Assembly (NCBI RefSeq): GCF_000315625.1
Contig: NW_005434670.1
Span: forward strand, 412,833 to 476,832
DNA length: 64,000 bases
Reading direction: 5' to 3'
Origin: Guillardia theta CCMP2712
Taxonomy: Eukaryota > Protista > Cryptophyta
Shown: in pieces, positions 22,001-35,513 of the stretch
How the letters are laid out: each line of letters starts with the position of its first letter
How positions within the stretch are numbered: the first letter of the stretch is position 1
Made by a program: the position numbers and the translations under genes
Notes under the pieces: generated by a model
The model's database searches: none
Told to the model about the DNA's origin: nothing
The model's input: only the letters and a program-made list of their open reading frames with translations

Positions 22001-24009
22001 TCTCCCCTCTGACAGTCTGACTCTTTCAGGGCCTGCAAGAGCTTTTCCATCTCCGCTCTCAGGGTCTCCTCGCCAAAGTGACTTCCCGTCCTCCTTCCAT
22101 TCTCTTTGTCCTGTTCCCCTTGCTCGCCCGACATTCCCGTATCGTTGGCCTGCTCCACACCCTCTAACTTTGCCTCCTCAACTCTCCTGGAATTCACCTT
22201 CACGCGCTCAAGATCTTCCAGCAACTCGGCAGCAGATGCTTGAGACTGATGTAGCAAGGCATCGATTATCGAGCAGACCTGTTCTATGTTCTCAAATATG
22301 CCCATCTCCTGGTTTGAAGAGTAAACATTTTGAAGACTGTCAGACTGGACTTCAGAAGAATTCGAAGTCTTGAAATCCTCCAGCTTCTCTACGGCTGATG
22401 CCTGCTCCTCCGTGCTTGCCTGCAGCGTCTCGACCTGCCTCTCAAGCTCCTCGATCCTCGCCCGCATGGTCTCCGTCACAGCAGCATGCTCCATCTGCTG
22501 GCCCGAGCTCTGCTCTTGTAGGCTTCTCAGCTCCTGCTCTACTTCTCCCCTCTGACAGTCTGACTCTTTCAGGGCCTGCAAGAGCTTTTCCATCTCCGCT
22601 CTCAGGGTCTCCTCGCCAAAGTGACTTCCCGTCCTCCTTTCATCCTCATGCTCCCGCTGCTGCCCCTGCCCCTGCTCCTGCTCCTGCTCCCCTGGCTCGC
22701 CCGACGTGCCCGTATCGTTGGCCTGCTCCGTGCTCCCTGTCTTAGCCTCCTCAGCCTTCCTGGCTTTCTCCTTCCATCCCTCCAGATCTGCCGTCAGCGT
22801 CTGAATCTTCGACTCCGCTTCTCTCCCTTCAGCCTCGACCGCGAGCAGCTTCTCCGTCAGCTGCTCGATCTCCGTCTTCAGCTTCAGCTCCTTGTCCTCC
22901 ATGCTCGCCTTGGTCTTCGCCTCCCTTTCCTTGGCCGTCTCGATCGTCTCCTTCGCCTTCGCCTTGATCGACTCCAGCTGCTCCTTGGCTCTCATCGCCT
23001 CCTGCATGCTTGAGGCCAGCTGTTCTTCCGCTACCCGCTTCTCTGCTTCTAGTTTCTCTACGGCTGATGCCTGCTCCTCCGTGCTTGCCTGCAGCGTCTC
23101 GACCTGCCTCTCAAGCTCCTCGATCCTCGCCCGCATGGTCTCCGTCACAGCAGCATGCTCCATCTGCTGGCCCGAGCTCTGCTCTTGTAGGCTTCTCAGC
23201 TCCTGCTCCATGTCATCTCTTTCTTTCTGAATTTGAACCAGTGACGTTTGTGAATCTTGAAGCTCATTTTTCAATTTTTCTTGTTGATTTCCATGTGCAA
23301 GAATGATTTCTTGAATCTCCAAACGAAGTTGCTCACTGGTAGCAGCGAGGGTCTCACAGTGGGTGCAGGATGTTGGTTCTGAGCTTGTTTGACATGCAGC
23401 TGCTGCCATCTCCTCTTCAAGGTTTTGTATCTTTAGCTTCAGTTCTTGTACAAGGTCCTCCTGACTCGCCAGCGTCATCTGCAACTCCTTATTCCTTTCT
23501 GTCATCTGCTCTACAACCCGCTTGGCCTGCTTCTTCACTTTGGAGCTTTCTTCCTCGCAAGACTCAAGCGAGGCCTTGAGGCTTGCAACCTCCTCCCTCA
23601 AGGCATCTGTTTCTAAGTTTAAGCTTGCATGCCGTTTCAATCCCTCCATCTCATTGCGAAGCGATTCCAACTCGTCCTGGGCGATCCGGAGAGCATCAGT
23701 AGCATCTTGCTCCTTCTTGCGCAGCACCGCGACATACTTCTTGGCATCTTCTTGCACTTTAGCGAGTTGGATCTCTTTCGATTCAACGTCTGCCCGCAGA
23801 TTCACTTCTATTTCCTGCAACCTCTTGATTTCATCATCCTGCCCACCGCTCAGCTCTTCTTTCAACCGATCGATCTCTTCTTGATGCTGAGCCTTCAGCC
23901 TCTCAAGAAACGACTTGGCTTGCTGCTTGATAGAATTTATCGTGTTGTCTCTATCTTCGAGCAGCTTGACAAGCTCTTCTGTGCTCCTTTGATTATAATC
24001 TTCTGCCAT
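19013..24009 (-). CDS. GRIP-domain golgin (long coiled coil)
   Basis: ~1400-aa E/K/Q-rich heptad exon, then small exons giving EYLKEVIVRFILS...EHEALIPVLADLLAFSSSDRERI (GRIP) and SGLFSSAANFLFS*. Confidence 0.85.
21440..23208. repeat. Near-identical in-frame internal duplications in the golgin CDS
   Basis: 21440-21996 ~ 22651-23208 (offset 1212); 21842-22097 ~ 22384-22638 (offset 543). Confidence 0.9.
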
Positions 24010-24489
24010 GTCGTGAAGCTCTTTCCAATTGCCTCTGGTCCACGACCCCTACACACGTTCTGTCGAATATGATCGTTTACCCGACAAGAACGTCACGTGA
24101 GAGGAGAATATGAGCACATAAGCTCGACATCGTCTGCCGTATACTTCCGATCACTCTCTCCGCTACCCAAACCACTCACTGGTCTTGTTCCCAGCCCCCA
24201 GTAAAAATATTTCCTTGAGTTCAGTCCTTGCTGGTGATCAGTGCCGACAGGATGATGTGATCTCCTCTTCTTGCTCTCCTCTCCTCTCTTCCTCTTCTTG
24301 CTCCTCTCACATCCCTCTCCTTCATCCCTCTCCCTCTCCTTCTCCTCGCCACCTCCTTCCCGCCATGAACACCGCAGAAGACGTGGAATGGCTCCACATC
24401 CCCCCTCATACCCCAAAAAAACCTCATCCCTGACCTCATCCCCTCTCAACCCGGTTGTCTGATCGCTGCCATCTGGCTGCCATGCTGTG

Positions 24490-25496
24490 ATGGGGCGCAT
24501 AGCTGTGGTGGGATGGCTGCTGGCGCTCGTGCTGGCATGTGTAGGGGGGGACGATGGAGGAGGAGCAGAGCCGATGCGTATGAATGTGTGGAAGGGAGAC
24601 ATGATGATGCTGGGCACGCCAGAGGCGCTAGATCGCAACCCTGGCGACGTGTTTCTCCATCCTTTCGGGCACGGAGCCTTCAACAGGTTAGCTGAGCTGC
24701 AGCAGGGCAGGGCTGAAGACGATTCAGGACATTTGTTCTCGACGATGCTCTGCTGCATGCCGAGAAAACGGTCGAGTCTTGTCTCCTTGGTCTGGCCTGC
24801 GAGCAATGGGGTCTGATGCGATGACATGTGCCTTCCGCTTACATGCGCTCTTCAGGGCAGGATTACTCTCCAGGAAGATATCTAGCAGCGCCCTCGGAGA
24901 CTCGAATGAAAGTTTGGCGAGCAGCTGCATGGAGCCATGCTCTCAAGCAAGCGCGAGGGTGGAAGGAAGACAGGATCATCTTCGACTACCTGCTGGAGTG
25001 AGCTTCTCGCCGCTTGAGGAGGGGGGCAGTGACGCAGTGAGATCCTGCAGGTCGCCTGCATTTCTGCAAGAGATGCAGAGGAGAAGAGAGACTCAAAGCA
25101 ACCTCTTGGCTCAGACTCTGCCTCCCGTACCTCCAGGCTTGTTCGCTGAGTCCGGCGAGTCACGCGAGGTCATCGAGGCAGCAGGGAACGAATCGCTGGC
25201 AGGGGAACGGAGGGAAAGGCTGTTGCAGTATGGCTTTGGCACAGATGTGCGATTCGTCAAGTTCTCCGAGGGCTTGTACATTAACGTGACTGGCTTTCAC
25301 TGGTATGACTGCCGTGTTCCAAGAAACCGAAACAAGAAGCCGCTCCCTCAACCACCGCCGGAACTTGTGTTACGGTCCAGCAAAAAGGGACAAGAGTCAG
25401 GCGCAGAGAGGTGAAGGGGTTGATAGTATAGAAAGTGTTTCACTGTGGAAGCTTAGACTTGATCTTGCGAAGAAGAGCTTCATGCTTCGACTCTGA
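24490..25496 (+). CDS. Hypothetical protein with signal peptide
   Basis: MGRIAVVGWLLALVLACVGG, then an intron to the 24779-25414 open frame. Confidence 0.5.
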
Positions 25497-27482
25497 GGCT
25501 GAAGCATCGAACATGACAAGATCCGTGCAGCTCTCTTCTGTGTCGGACATCTCGTACTCACCACCTGCTTGACCTCCAGAGCTCAGCGATGGGTGAGGCG
25601 AACATGCTTGGCCTTCCATCCCATCGTCAGTAGTGGCAATCGACAAGGCATCCCAAGCACCTGTAGCGACTTCCCGCATCGCCGCCTTGCTGTTTCTGAT
25701 CGCCGTCCAGCGATTGGCAGCGGAGAAAGCAGGGAGGCATCGACGCTTGTTGTCTCTGCAGTTTTCGTGGATCGCTTGCTCAATGGCATCGAAGACATCT
25801 TGTCTGCAACCTCCCGTTGTGTTTCTGCTGGAGCTGTTTGTCGTAGCTTGCTCCTCGCCATGACCTTGGACCTCCTGTAGCGGCAGCTTCTGCTCGTGCT
25901 CGTCTGTCCTTGCCCCCATCACAGGTCCAAGGTGGTTTGTGCCATGGCTGTCACGTTCCTCACTGATGCGCTTCCGCTCAGTGCCGTGAGCATCTTTCTC
26001 AGAGCTCAAGTGTGAATTTAGAACGTGAGGAATGTCGCTAGCAGTTGGCCGTGGATAGACCATTCCCTCCAGTTGGCTCAAGGGCATGATCGGAATTCTC
26101 CATCTTCGTGCATTCAGCGTCTGTTGAGTATCAGGACCACATTGGGAGAGATCGAGCTTCACCTTCTCGCTCTCGAAGTTTTCAGACGGCACAATCTGTC
26201 ATTCCCTCCTCACTTTCGCACAAAGAGACCAAAAATCCTCACCAGAAAGTGGGTGGATTTCTTACTGAGCTGCAAGTCCAAGCTTGCTCTCAGAAGCTTC
26301 TGCACGAGCCAAGCAACGTACACTTTCTGAGACCCATGGAAGCCCGAGAGACACAATCTTCTACCCGACAACAACTGAAATGCTGGTGAGAGAGGCTGGA
26401 AAGACGCAGCAACACCTGAAGCTCTTCGGGTACTGGCGCATCGCGCTCCAACGAGTTTAACTCCGTCAAAGGAAACATCTTGTTGTGGGAGACGCTCTTG
26501 CGAAGCCAGAGCTCTGAGATGACTGCAGATCCCGAGGCGAAGCCTCTTCTCTTCTTGCAAGTCACGTATCCCTTCCTTGCCTCCGAGAGCGCAACAACCT
26601 GCGGGCTGAATGAGTCGCGACCAACGACCCTCATCGAATGCCTGGAAATCAGACGTCTGATCCTTCACTACCCTCCCTCCCTCTGAGCATATGAGAGCTG
26701 TGAGCTCATCCATCTGCTCGCAGGCGCTCATGCTGAACGTGTATCCTTTGAAGAGGCAGCCACTGCCTGCCTGCCTTGCTCCTTCTTGTTCGCTGCCAGT
26801 GCTTCTACCATGCCCAAACTTTTCATCGGAAGAGAGCTGGTGGTTCTCTTTGTTGTTATCTGAGGAACTTTCTTTGTGGAGGATCAAGAAATCGTGATAA
26901 TCTTGTGCACATCCCTCCTCTACGCACTTTCCTAACCAGTCCTCATTCACAAGGGGTATCCCGAGTTCCCTCGTCTTAGCCACCTACATCCATTGGTCAG
27001 AACCCCTCCTCCGAGGTTGTCATCATCACCAGACGCTCTTGTCTCTCAGGAGCAACGACGAGGTTGCATGTCTTGTCGATCTGATCCACAGGTCGGGCAC
27101 CTAGAAGCTTCGCAATGACAAGAAATTGAGGTCGAACAACGTAAACAGAAACTCCATCAAGGATTGTGAGGCGGAAATCCCAAGGATCAAGAAAGCGCTT
27201 GCTCTTCCAGGACTGATCCAACCATCTCTCTCCCACCACAAGCACCATCTGCTCTCCCCGTACTCGCCGACCTAGAGCAGCTCGTGCCTTGCGTGACCTT
27301 AGGGAATCAGCGACGAGTATCGAGACACCGCTGGTGAAATCTCCGATGACCCTGGCGCCAAGAGCCTTCGATCTCTCGGAGAGCTCTTCCTTCTTCCTCT
27401 TCGAGAAGCCACTCAGGCACACAACCCTCCCGTCCTCCTCCCCTCCTTCCTCCGTCCCTCCCGCCTGCTCTCCCATTGCCAT
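25440..27482 (-). CDS. Multi-BRCT protein (TopBP1/Dpb11-like arrangement)
   Basis: VVCLSGF...LGARVIGDFTSGVSILVA...VVGERWLDQSW; LLGARPVDQIDKTCNLVVA...GIPLVNEDWLGKC; LFKGYTFS...EGGRVV; LSGRRLCLSGF...STHFL. Confidence 0.8.
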
Positions 27483-27603
27483 TCAAACACCCACGCCTAC
27501 CCCTCATCCCCACCTGTACCCCCATTCAGGACATCAGATCTGAGATCAGATCACCCCTACCCACCCCTCCCCACTTCAGGCTTGTCAAAAAAGGATTTCG
27601 CCG

Positions 27604-27771
27604 ATGGCGTCGGCGGGGCCTGTGGCGATGCTGATACCTATCGGTGAGCTCTCTGCGCTCCTTCTCCTTCTCCTTCTCCTGCTCCTTCTCCTTCTCCTCC
27701 TTCTCCTTCTCCTCCTTCTCCTTCTCCTTCTCCTCCTTCTCCTGCTCCTCCTCCTCCCAGGCTCCTGCTCT

Positions 27772-27841
<70 letters not shown>

Positions 27842-29690
27842 TTCATCTTCCAGCCTGCCGCCTGTCCGGCTCAGTTGCCCTGGCGGCTTGCGGATTCCTG
27901 CCGATGGCAGGCTCCTGCAGTGCAGTGACACAGTTCTATTATGGCGTGCTCATCGTGCTTCCTTATCCTCGGGACACCTCGCATTCTCCTTCTCCATCTC
28001 GACATTCTCCTCCTTCCTAGCTGCTAACAAGCTCTCAGATGGGGCATCGAGTATTCCGGATGACGCCATTCTTGTGACTTCAGCAGAGATCTTTGCGTTG
28101 CTGGATTCGAGAATGTCGCACAAGGAGGACAAAGGTGCAACATCGATACACGAGGAGGTGGAATGATAGAGGCAGCAGGACAGGCGAACCCAGCAGAAGC
28201 AGTTCGTCGATGTCTGAACTACAGCGAGCAAGCGGGGGAAAAGGTTGGAGCCGTTGTTAGAGGATGTAACAGCCACGGTCAGTTCTGCTGCTGTCAATGT
28301 TGCTCGGGCTGTTGCAGCTGCGACATCGTCGGAGAAGTGAGATAATCCCTAAAGAAGAGCTTTCCTTTGCTGTCCTTTGCTTTCCTTTGATCTCCTTTCC
28401 TTTGCTCTCCTTTCCTCTGCTGTCCCTTGCTCTCCTTTCCTCGTAGCTGCTGGCGAATCGCTCACATCGTCGTCTTCCTGCAGTGCTCTACTGCATCTCG
28501 CCCTGGGCTTGTGCATTCAGTCTTGGGTCAGTCACAAGTTGTGAGGTTCAGCCCCCCAGCCAACAAGCTGATGAGCAGCACAGAGGTATGCGAGCTGTCG
28601 AGAAGAGGAAGGTGAGGGCTCAATGCAGGTGGTAACGAGGATAGGAAGCTCTCCAGCGAAGCACCCTCGAATCTCCTCATGGGAAGTGCTCAAGGAGAGG
28701 AGAAGCCAAGACAGCGCTGAAATGTCCTTGTACATGACTAACGAGGAGCGGAAGATGAGGCGAGAGATCGAGCTCTTGAAGATGTAGCATTCTCTCTCTT
28801 TTGCAGTCGCTCATGCTACAGACCTGTCAGTTCGCTTCAAGCTGCAGAGGAACGCGTGCGCGAATTAGAAGACGAGCGAGCCTCGAGGTATCAGGAACTT
28901 TCTCGTCAGGTGCAACGTCTCCTCCTCCTCCCCGCTGGTCTGTTTGAGCTTGCATCAGGCTGTACAGGTGGCGTCCGATCGCCTGGAGGAGGTACATCTG
29001 TTGTCTTTGAGCGCTCAGGCTGTGATCAATGAGCAGGTCGAGCGGATCAACGCGGAGGCGCATGAGGTGATGTCGAATCGGATAGCATTCCTACAGGGGG
29101 AGCTAGAGGAGGCAAGCAGTCAGCTCAATGTAAGCTTAGCGCTCCTCTTTTCTTCGCGTGGTCACTTCTGCGGCAGAAAGTACGAGCAGAGCGCGACAGC
29201 CTGCTGCAGGAAAGCTTGCTCCTCGATCTTGCTCCTCTCTTACTTCCCTGCAGAAGACACCTCGGCGCTCCGTGTCTCGATTGTCTCCCAGTCAGTCACC
29301 CGCCAGCTCTGTCGCCCTTCACAGCGTCAAGGTTGCTCCTCCACAGCTCACGCCGTCTCGGTCTGCGACACGTCAGAGCCGCGAAGGTCGACTGTCCCCA
29401 GCGAAGAGGTGGAGATGACACGGAGAAGCTTCTGCCCTCCTTCCTTCCATTCGCTACTTCCTTGCATCGCCCCCCCCCATCCTCCGTTGTTTAGACTCGT
29501 TTGCACTACCAACCATGGAGACTTGAAACCTCTCAAACTGCTCAAAACGGAGGCGAACTGTCTGCAGGCCTTGAAGGTCAAACGCGACATGTGAATGTCG
29601 TAATCCATTTCTTTTCACTTCACGTCCTAGAACTCGATCTCACGATATCCAATGGCGTGCAAATCCACGAGGAATCAAGAATCTCATAAC
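27604..29690 (+). CDS. Hypothetical spliced coiled-coil protein
   Basis: Series of short exons bounded by GT-AG (e.g. AVQVASDRLEE, AVINEQVERINAEAHEVMSNRIAFLQGELEEASSQLN). No family recognised. Confidence 0.4.
27659..27840. repeat. (TTCTCC)n + (CCTGCT)n simple repeats (intronic)
   Basis: Visible tandem hexamers. Confidence 0.9.
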
Positions 29691-29799
29691 TCTCTGGCTC
29701 GACCTCTCCTCGTCCTCTCGAATCGTTTGTGTTTAAACTACAAGATAAAGAAATGAGGGCCTGGCGTGCTTGCCGTGCTGCTACTCCATAGGCTCGAGC

Positions 29800-30645
29800 T
29801 GTCGGTCTCCAACTTCCGATTATATTCTCTAGATCTAGGAGGCTCGGTAGGAGCTTCCTCCTCGTTTCTCCTCTAGGAGGAGAAGACGTGCTACCACCTT
29901 CACCTCTCATCCTCACGGTTCATGAGCTCGACCTGCTTTGAGTCGTGCTGTTTGAAAGCTCCTTCTTGCTCTGGCGCGTCGTCAGGTCGTGCGAGTGCTG
30001 TCTATCCGCCTCCTCCCCGATGGTCGATGCAGCGCTTCTAGTCTGCAGACAATGACAACCCTCAGCGAGCAGATCTCGGAGGAAGCAAGCAAACCTTGAT
30101 CGAAGAGAAGTTGCCGCTGTTCCTTTCCTCCCTGCTTAACGTCGCTTCTCCGGCATCCACTTGTACAAGCTTCTTCGTCGCCTGCGTCTCTCCGTCAGGG
30201 CATGCAAGAGACACTGCAGACCTCACAGCTGCACGTGAGAACGCTGACCTCGCGCCTGCGAGAGAGACTCGCGCCTACGGGAGGGTCAGCGCGAGGCAAG
30301 GAATGGATGGGAGCGAAGGACCTGATCGAAGCGGTGCTGTGTCATGTCTTTGTAGGCTTCAGAGAGCATGCGATCTCCCTTGCGGCTCCATTCCTCTTGC
30401 TTGTCAATCTGTCGTAGGAGCTTCTCTCGATACGACAGCAGCAGCGTGACCACCCCTGATCGCCTTGACGCCTCGGCAAAAGCCTCCACCTCGCTGACGT
30501 CCTCACGCAGCTCTTCCACAGATGATCGAGCTGTCTGTAGGGGAGCATGATGGCCGGGCTGCCGGACTCCAAAGATGAGGAGAACAACAACCAGGAACAG
30601 CATGGAGCCGCTCACAACGAACGCCACACTGTAAGCAGCTCGCAT
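29800..30645 (-). CDS. Hypothetical N-terminally anchored membrane protein
   Basis: MRAAYSVAFVVSGSMLFLVVVLLIFG followed by a helical charged region and spliced exons; 3' end uncertain. Confidence 0.45.
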
Positions 30646-30801
30646 GGCGGTGATCACAAACCAGAATAGGAGAATGTGCAGGTGACCCTGAAGGTCGCAG
30701 GTATGAGAGGAAGGGATAGGATGAGCAGAGTTCTAGGACAAGGAACGAACAGAGGAGTGGGCCCGAGAGACAGGATGCACAGGAGGCAGAGTCAGAGTCA
30801 A

Positions 30802-30926
<125 letters not shown>

Positions 30927-31104
30927 TGTGGTAGTGGTGGGCAGAGTGGTGGGGGGGGGGGGAGGGAGGGCGGGGGCAAAGGTTGAATGTCGGCAAGAAC
31001 TCTAGCCCGCCTCAGAATCAAAAAGTTCAATTTGTGGTCTTTTAAAAACATGAGGAGGGGTGCGAATGGAGGGAAGATGGGGGGTAAGGGTAGTCCCTGT
31101 GGCA

Positions 31105-33627
31105 ATGCAGAACGGAGGGGCGCAGCTGCGGGCGATGGAGACGGAGGGGCTGGTGGACGCGTTCATCGCTTCCTTCCTCTCCTGCCGGAGTCTCGCGACG
31201 TTGCATGACCTCGAAGAGGAGCTCGTCACCTTCCTGCTCAGCCACTCCATCAGACCTCCTGCCCCCCGCGTCGACAACCCTGAGGAGATCTTGCTCGATG
31301 ATGACGATACAGAGAGAGCAGGCGACCATCAACAGAACAGCTCAGCTGGTCCCACTCATGCTTCTGCGCCTCACTTTGACGACTGGCATCTTTGTCCTCT
31401 CGTCCTTCGCCCCTTGATAATCTACAACTTTGGGCCCCCGCCAGGTATGGTGCAAATCCCGAGGTTCTCGTCGGGAGATCTGATGCAGCTTGCGATCGAA
31501 TACTACAAGCATGCGCACAGACATCAGCCATTCCAAACACTTTATGCTGCAGAGGATAATGCATCCTTCCAGGGGTTTTGTGAATACGTTTGTAAAGTGA
31601 AGAAATTAAACAGCGTGAGCGAGATTGGCATGCGAAGGCAGGCGCCAGAGCCTCTCTTCAAGCGAGATCTCTTTCTCTTGTTGCATGCCAACGCCAAGTA
31701 CGAAGCGTTGTTTCGGTCTGATGCTCTAGCAAGTGCTTCCTGCCTGATTTGACGCAGGGTGAGGGAAAGAGAAATGATTGAGCATCACCAATCAGATCAG
31801 GGACGGAAAAGAAGGAAGAAAGAATCGGCCTCACCTCTTGCGGCTTCAAGTTCCTGCAGCTCCATCCCCAAGCTGAACCCTCCCGCAGATCCAAGAACAG
31901 CAGAGTTCATACGGGTGAGCACGGCCTCCTTCAATCAGTTCCGCTGACGCCACACAGATATGCGAGAAGGAGGCCTTCAAGAGGAGCACAGGCAATGCGT
32001 CACTTGTAGCGGGCTCAAGTCTCTGAATGCTTTGTAGCGGTCTGCATGCATCCTCCCAGTGAAAGCAAGATGCTGTGAGTCTCAAGCTCATGCTTCTCAG
32101 TCCTTACGAGGCCACAGACAAGTGGTGAAAGAGATGCTGGCGAGCTCTCAGAAGAGAAAGGCAGGGAAGATGCTAGAGGAGGAGACCTTGTGCTTAGACG
32201 TGAGCCCGATGGAGTTGACAAGTGAGCAGCTGATAATGATTGTCTTGTCCAGAAAGATTTGATCTGCTCGCTCATTACTGAGTACGTCATGCTACACTTG
32301 GGATCGAGCAAGTATCGGTGAGCAAGCCAAATAATGGAGAGCTGGATGAAATTTTGTTCAGGAAGAAAAGGTGGACTGCAGAAGACAAAGATGCTCATGG
32401 TCTTAATCTGTTTTCTTGACGCTTCATCTAATGGATGGTGTCGCTTCTTTGCAGAGCCGAACACGGAGGAGATGAACGACATTCCCTCGCCGAATGAGGA
32501 CATGGACTCAAAACGTCCATCTGACGATACGCATGTTGTCCATACCCCATTGAATCAAACGCTGATACTTATTGGAGTTGTCAGTCCAACCAAGTCCAAG
32601 CGAGGGTCGCTGATTCCAATATGGTAGAGAAAGACGACAAGGGCAATGCCAGCAACGATTCGCAGCAATCGAGACCGGAACAAACACAAGAGAGCCAAAC
32701 ATTGCATTCTGATCTCGCGATACTTGCAGCTAAGGAAACAAGGGAGAATGGGGACGGTCCATCTGTCCATGTCAATCTTGACATGCACAACCGTGTTCTG
32801 CCTCTTGATCGGGCAGTGGAAGCGCGCAAGGTGAGGAAGGAATGGAGAAGTACAACTCATTGCATTGCCTCAGCCCAACAGCTTCCGCGCGCCGCAGCTG
32901 ATGGCGGATCGAGTCACGTCCGTCTGCATCCCCTGGACGACTTGTGAGCCACGGGAGAGCCTCGACGTCAGCGAGGCGTGACGGCCTGAGTGATGAGTTG
33001 ATGCTTGCTGACAGGTTGGGCGGTGGGGAGAAGCGTTGGTGTACCGTCTTCTTACACTGGCATACCCCAACCACATCGTCTGTTGGATGAATGAGGTAAA
33101 GCTTTCACCTGGCGGGCGAGAGGCTCAGCGGTGCGATGACAGCAAGAGGAGAGCAAATGTTTCTATGATGTGAGCGTCAGCGAGCCCGAGGATACTGATC
33201 ACGTAATTTTTTATCTTTCCGACATGGCGTCTAATTAGCGGTATATATCAGCGATCTGTCCCTCGTCCTCGACTCTCATCAACAAGGTATGTTGAAGTCA
33301 AGTCTACTTTCACCAGCGATCGGTGAGCAGTTCTGTGAAGCTTTCTCTGCCGCTCAATGCTTGTGCAGCAATGTATTTGAGATATCCCAAGCTGAGCTAG
33401 AGTTTGCGATGAAGCCGGGGGTGACTCTGCTGTTCTCCCTTGATTTTCATATGAGAGACGCACAGATTCACTATAGCATCTTCCGAGTCTTTGGCGTCGG
33501 CGATCGCTCGCAGCTGCGAATCTCAATCATTGATGACCTTCAGGCTGCTTTGAGGTTCATACAACATTCCTGAATCCTCCTTATCTTTCACAGGCTGAGA
33601 AACGTCGCGCTCTGTCTCTGTATCTGA
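31105..33627 (+). CDS. NO VEIN-like protein with C-terminal DUF3883 (PD-D/ExK-like) domain
   Basis: N-terminal VDAFIASF...TLHDLEEEL...F..W.L.PLV..P.I..NF; C-terminal exons VGRWGEALVYRLL, VCWMNE, ESKCFYD, YVEVKST, FEISQAELEFA, YSIFRVFGVG, ISIIDDL. Confidence 0.75.
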
Positions 33628-33699
33628 GCATCTGCTTCGCGATGACTCCTTGTATCTTACACACCCGCTGGAGGCAACAGGAGCGAAGAAGGTCTAGAT

Positions 33700-34540
33700 G
33701 AAAGCAGGAGTAGCTAGATGAAAGCATGTGCGCTGGTCACTGCTGCTTCGCCTTGCATCGCACCGCGCTTGCAAGATGATGTATATGATCCAAAATCGCT
33801 TCTTAACTTTGCTGCGGAGGGATATCGATCAAGTTCCTTATCCATCGATTTCTTTCGATTTACGTTTGGAGGGAGGAGGTCCATGCAGTCATACTCTCTG
33901 CAACGGCTTCAGTCCCTCAGACAAGCAAACTCATCGCATGACACGGCAAGCAGCGCAGCGCAGACAAACACAAATGCAACCTGTTGCGACATGCAACGCA
34001 TGGGACTTCAGTTTTGTGTGATGGTGAAGGCGCATCTTCCGATTTGTGTGAAGCCAGCAGCAAGGACGATAGAGGAGAACTTGATCCTGACAAGTCGTTG
34101 ACTTGCCATGTTGCATTCTGTGTCGAAAAACTCTGTATTATTCGCTTGCGTTGCTGAGCTTGTGCATATTGATGAAGCTGCAGCGGCTGTAGACGCATTA
34201 AAAAATCAACCAATGGAGACAATTGATGTAGACCACTCACCATTGTTTGATTTCTTTCTGTGCTAAGACTGACAACATCTGCAGCAAGAATTGTTCTACT
34301 GCCCCCTTCTTCAATTACATCCATCGTCACCTATTGAAAATGCCACGGTTACTGATCTGTCCGAAAGCAAAGTACAGCTCTGTCACTGTAAGAACGAACA
34401 CACTGCTTTGAAGCCACGACAAGGGTGAGGTAGTAGACATACATCATGAGCTCCAATGGTTGTCTCAGAGTTCTTCCTTTCCCGCATCTCCTCTCGCTCC
34501 TCCTTTGTCGTCCGGGGAGTCTCCGGCATGCTCCCTGCCA
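33700..34540 (-). CDS. Hypothetical spliced protein
   Basis: MAGSMPETPRTTKEEREEMRE... plus GT-AG-bounded exons. No family recognised. Confidence 0.3.
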
Positions 34541-35513
34541 TAGCGACCGGCCCTGCTGTATACTCGGAGGCAACAGAAGTTGAGTTGATTCGCAATGGAG
34601 GAGGATGACTGATTTCAGAAGCAGGGGGGGGGGGGGGGGGGTTGGGCCCCGGGGTGCCGGTGGGGTGGGGGGTACGGTGGAAGGTCTTTCAAGTTTGTGA
34701 TTGACAGATGAAGTAGGTCAGGGGTATAAGACCACCCCTTGTCTCCCCATCAAAAACTAGGGTATTAGTAAGATCTGGACAGGACCTGATGTTAGGGTAG
34801 GGGTAGGGGTCAATTGTAGTCGGAAGACCCAGAAAGGGTACCCACCAGCCTCCGAGACTCACCCCCACCTCGATAGTGTCACGATTGAATCGACCAGGGG
34901 TACCGTACTGTCAGCAATGAATCATGGTATCAGATCGGAGGGGTGGGGTACCAGTCACTACTACTGACGCATTCCGTGTGGATGATACCGGCCCGGCCCA
35001 GTGGCTGAGCACCGGTACCGTACTACCGTACTAGCACGGGCACCACCGGTACCCCAACGGGTTGGGCTCACTGGGCCGGGTGGTCACGTTACCGTACGGT
35101 AGGGTACAGCTAACCGTTACGTCAATTCCGACGCACACTCAAGTTGTAACTGTCCGACCCGGCGTCATCAACTCAGGCCGGGCCCCGGGCCCGGATCAGA
35201 CCCCGGCCCGACCGGGCGACTCCCGCCAGACGAGGAAGTAACGGCAAGCAACTTTGATGTAACGGATAGTCGGGGGCATGGAGAAAGCGGCGGGCGAGCG
35301 AAAAAGTAAGGAGAGGAGAGGAGAGGAGAGGAGAGGAGAGGAGAGGAGAGGAGAGGAGAGGAGCAGATACGGGAAGATGAGACGAGAGCAGATTGCAGCA
35401 GAAGGGAGCAAGAAGGGGTGTAGAGGAGCGGGGAGCGGGAAGCGGGTAGCGGGGGTGAGGAGAGAGAAACAGGAGAAGCTAGAGGGAGAAGAGATGAAGA
35501 ACTTGAGGAGCTT

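Noticed and set aside
20431-24072. Plus-strand ORFs rich in L/S/P
   Set aside because: Antisense shadows of the E/K/Q-rich golgin.
27526-28020. Poly-L, GA/AP and SR repeat ORFs (also 30503-31105, 40184-41280, 46399-47139)
   Set aside because: Translations of microsatellites.
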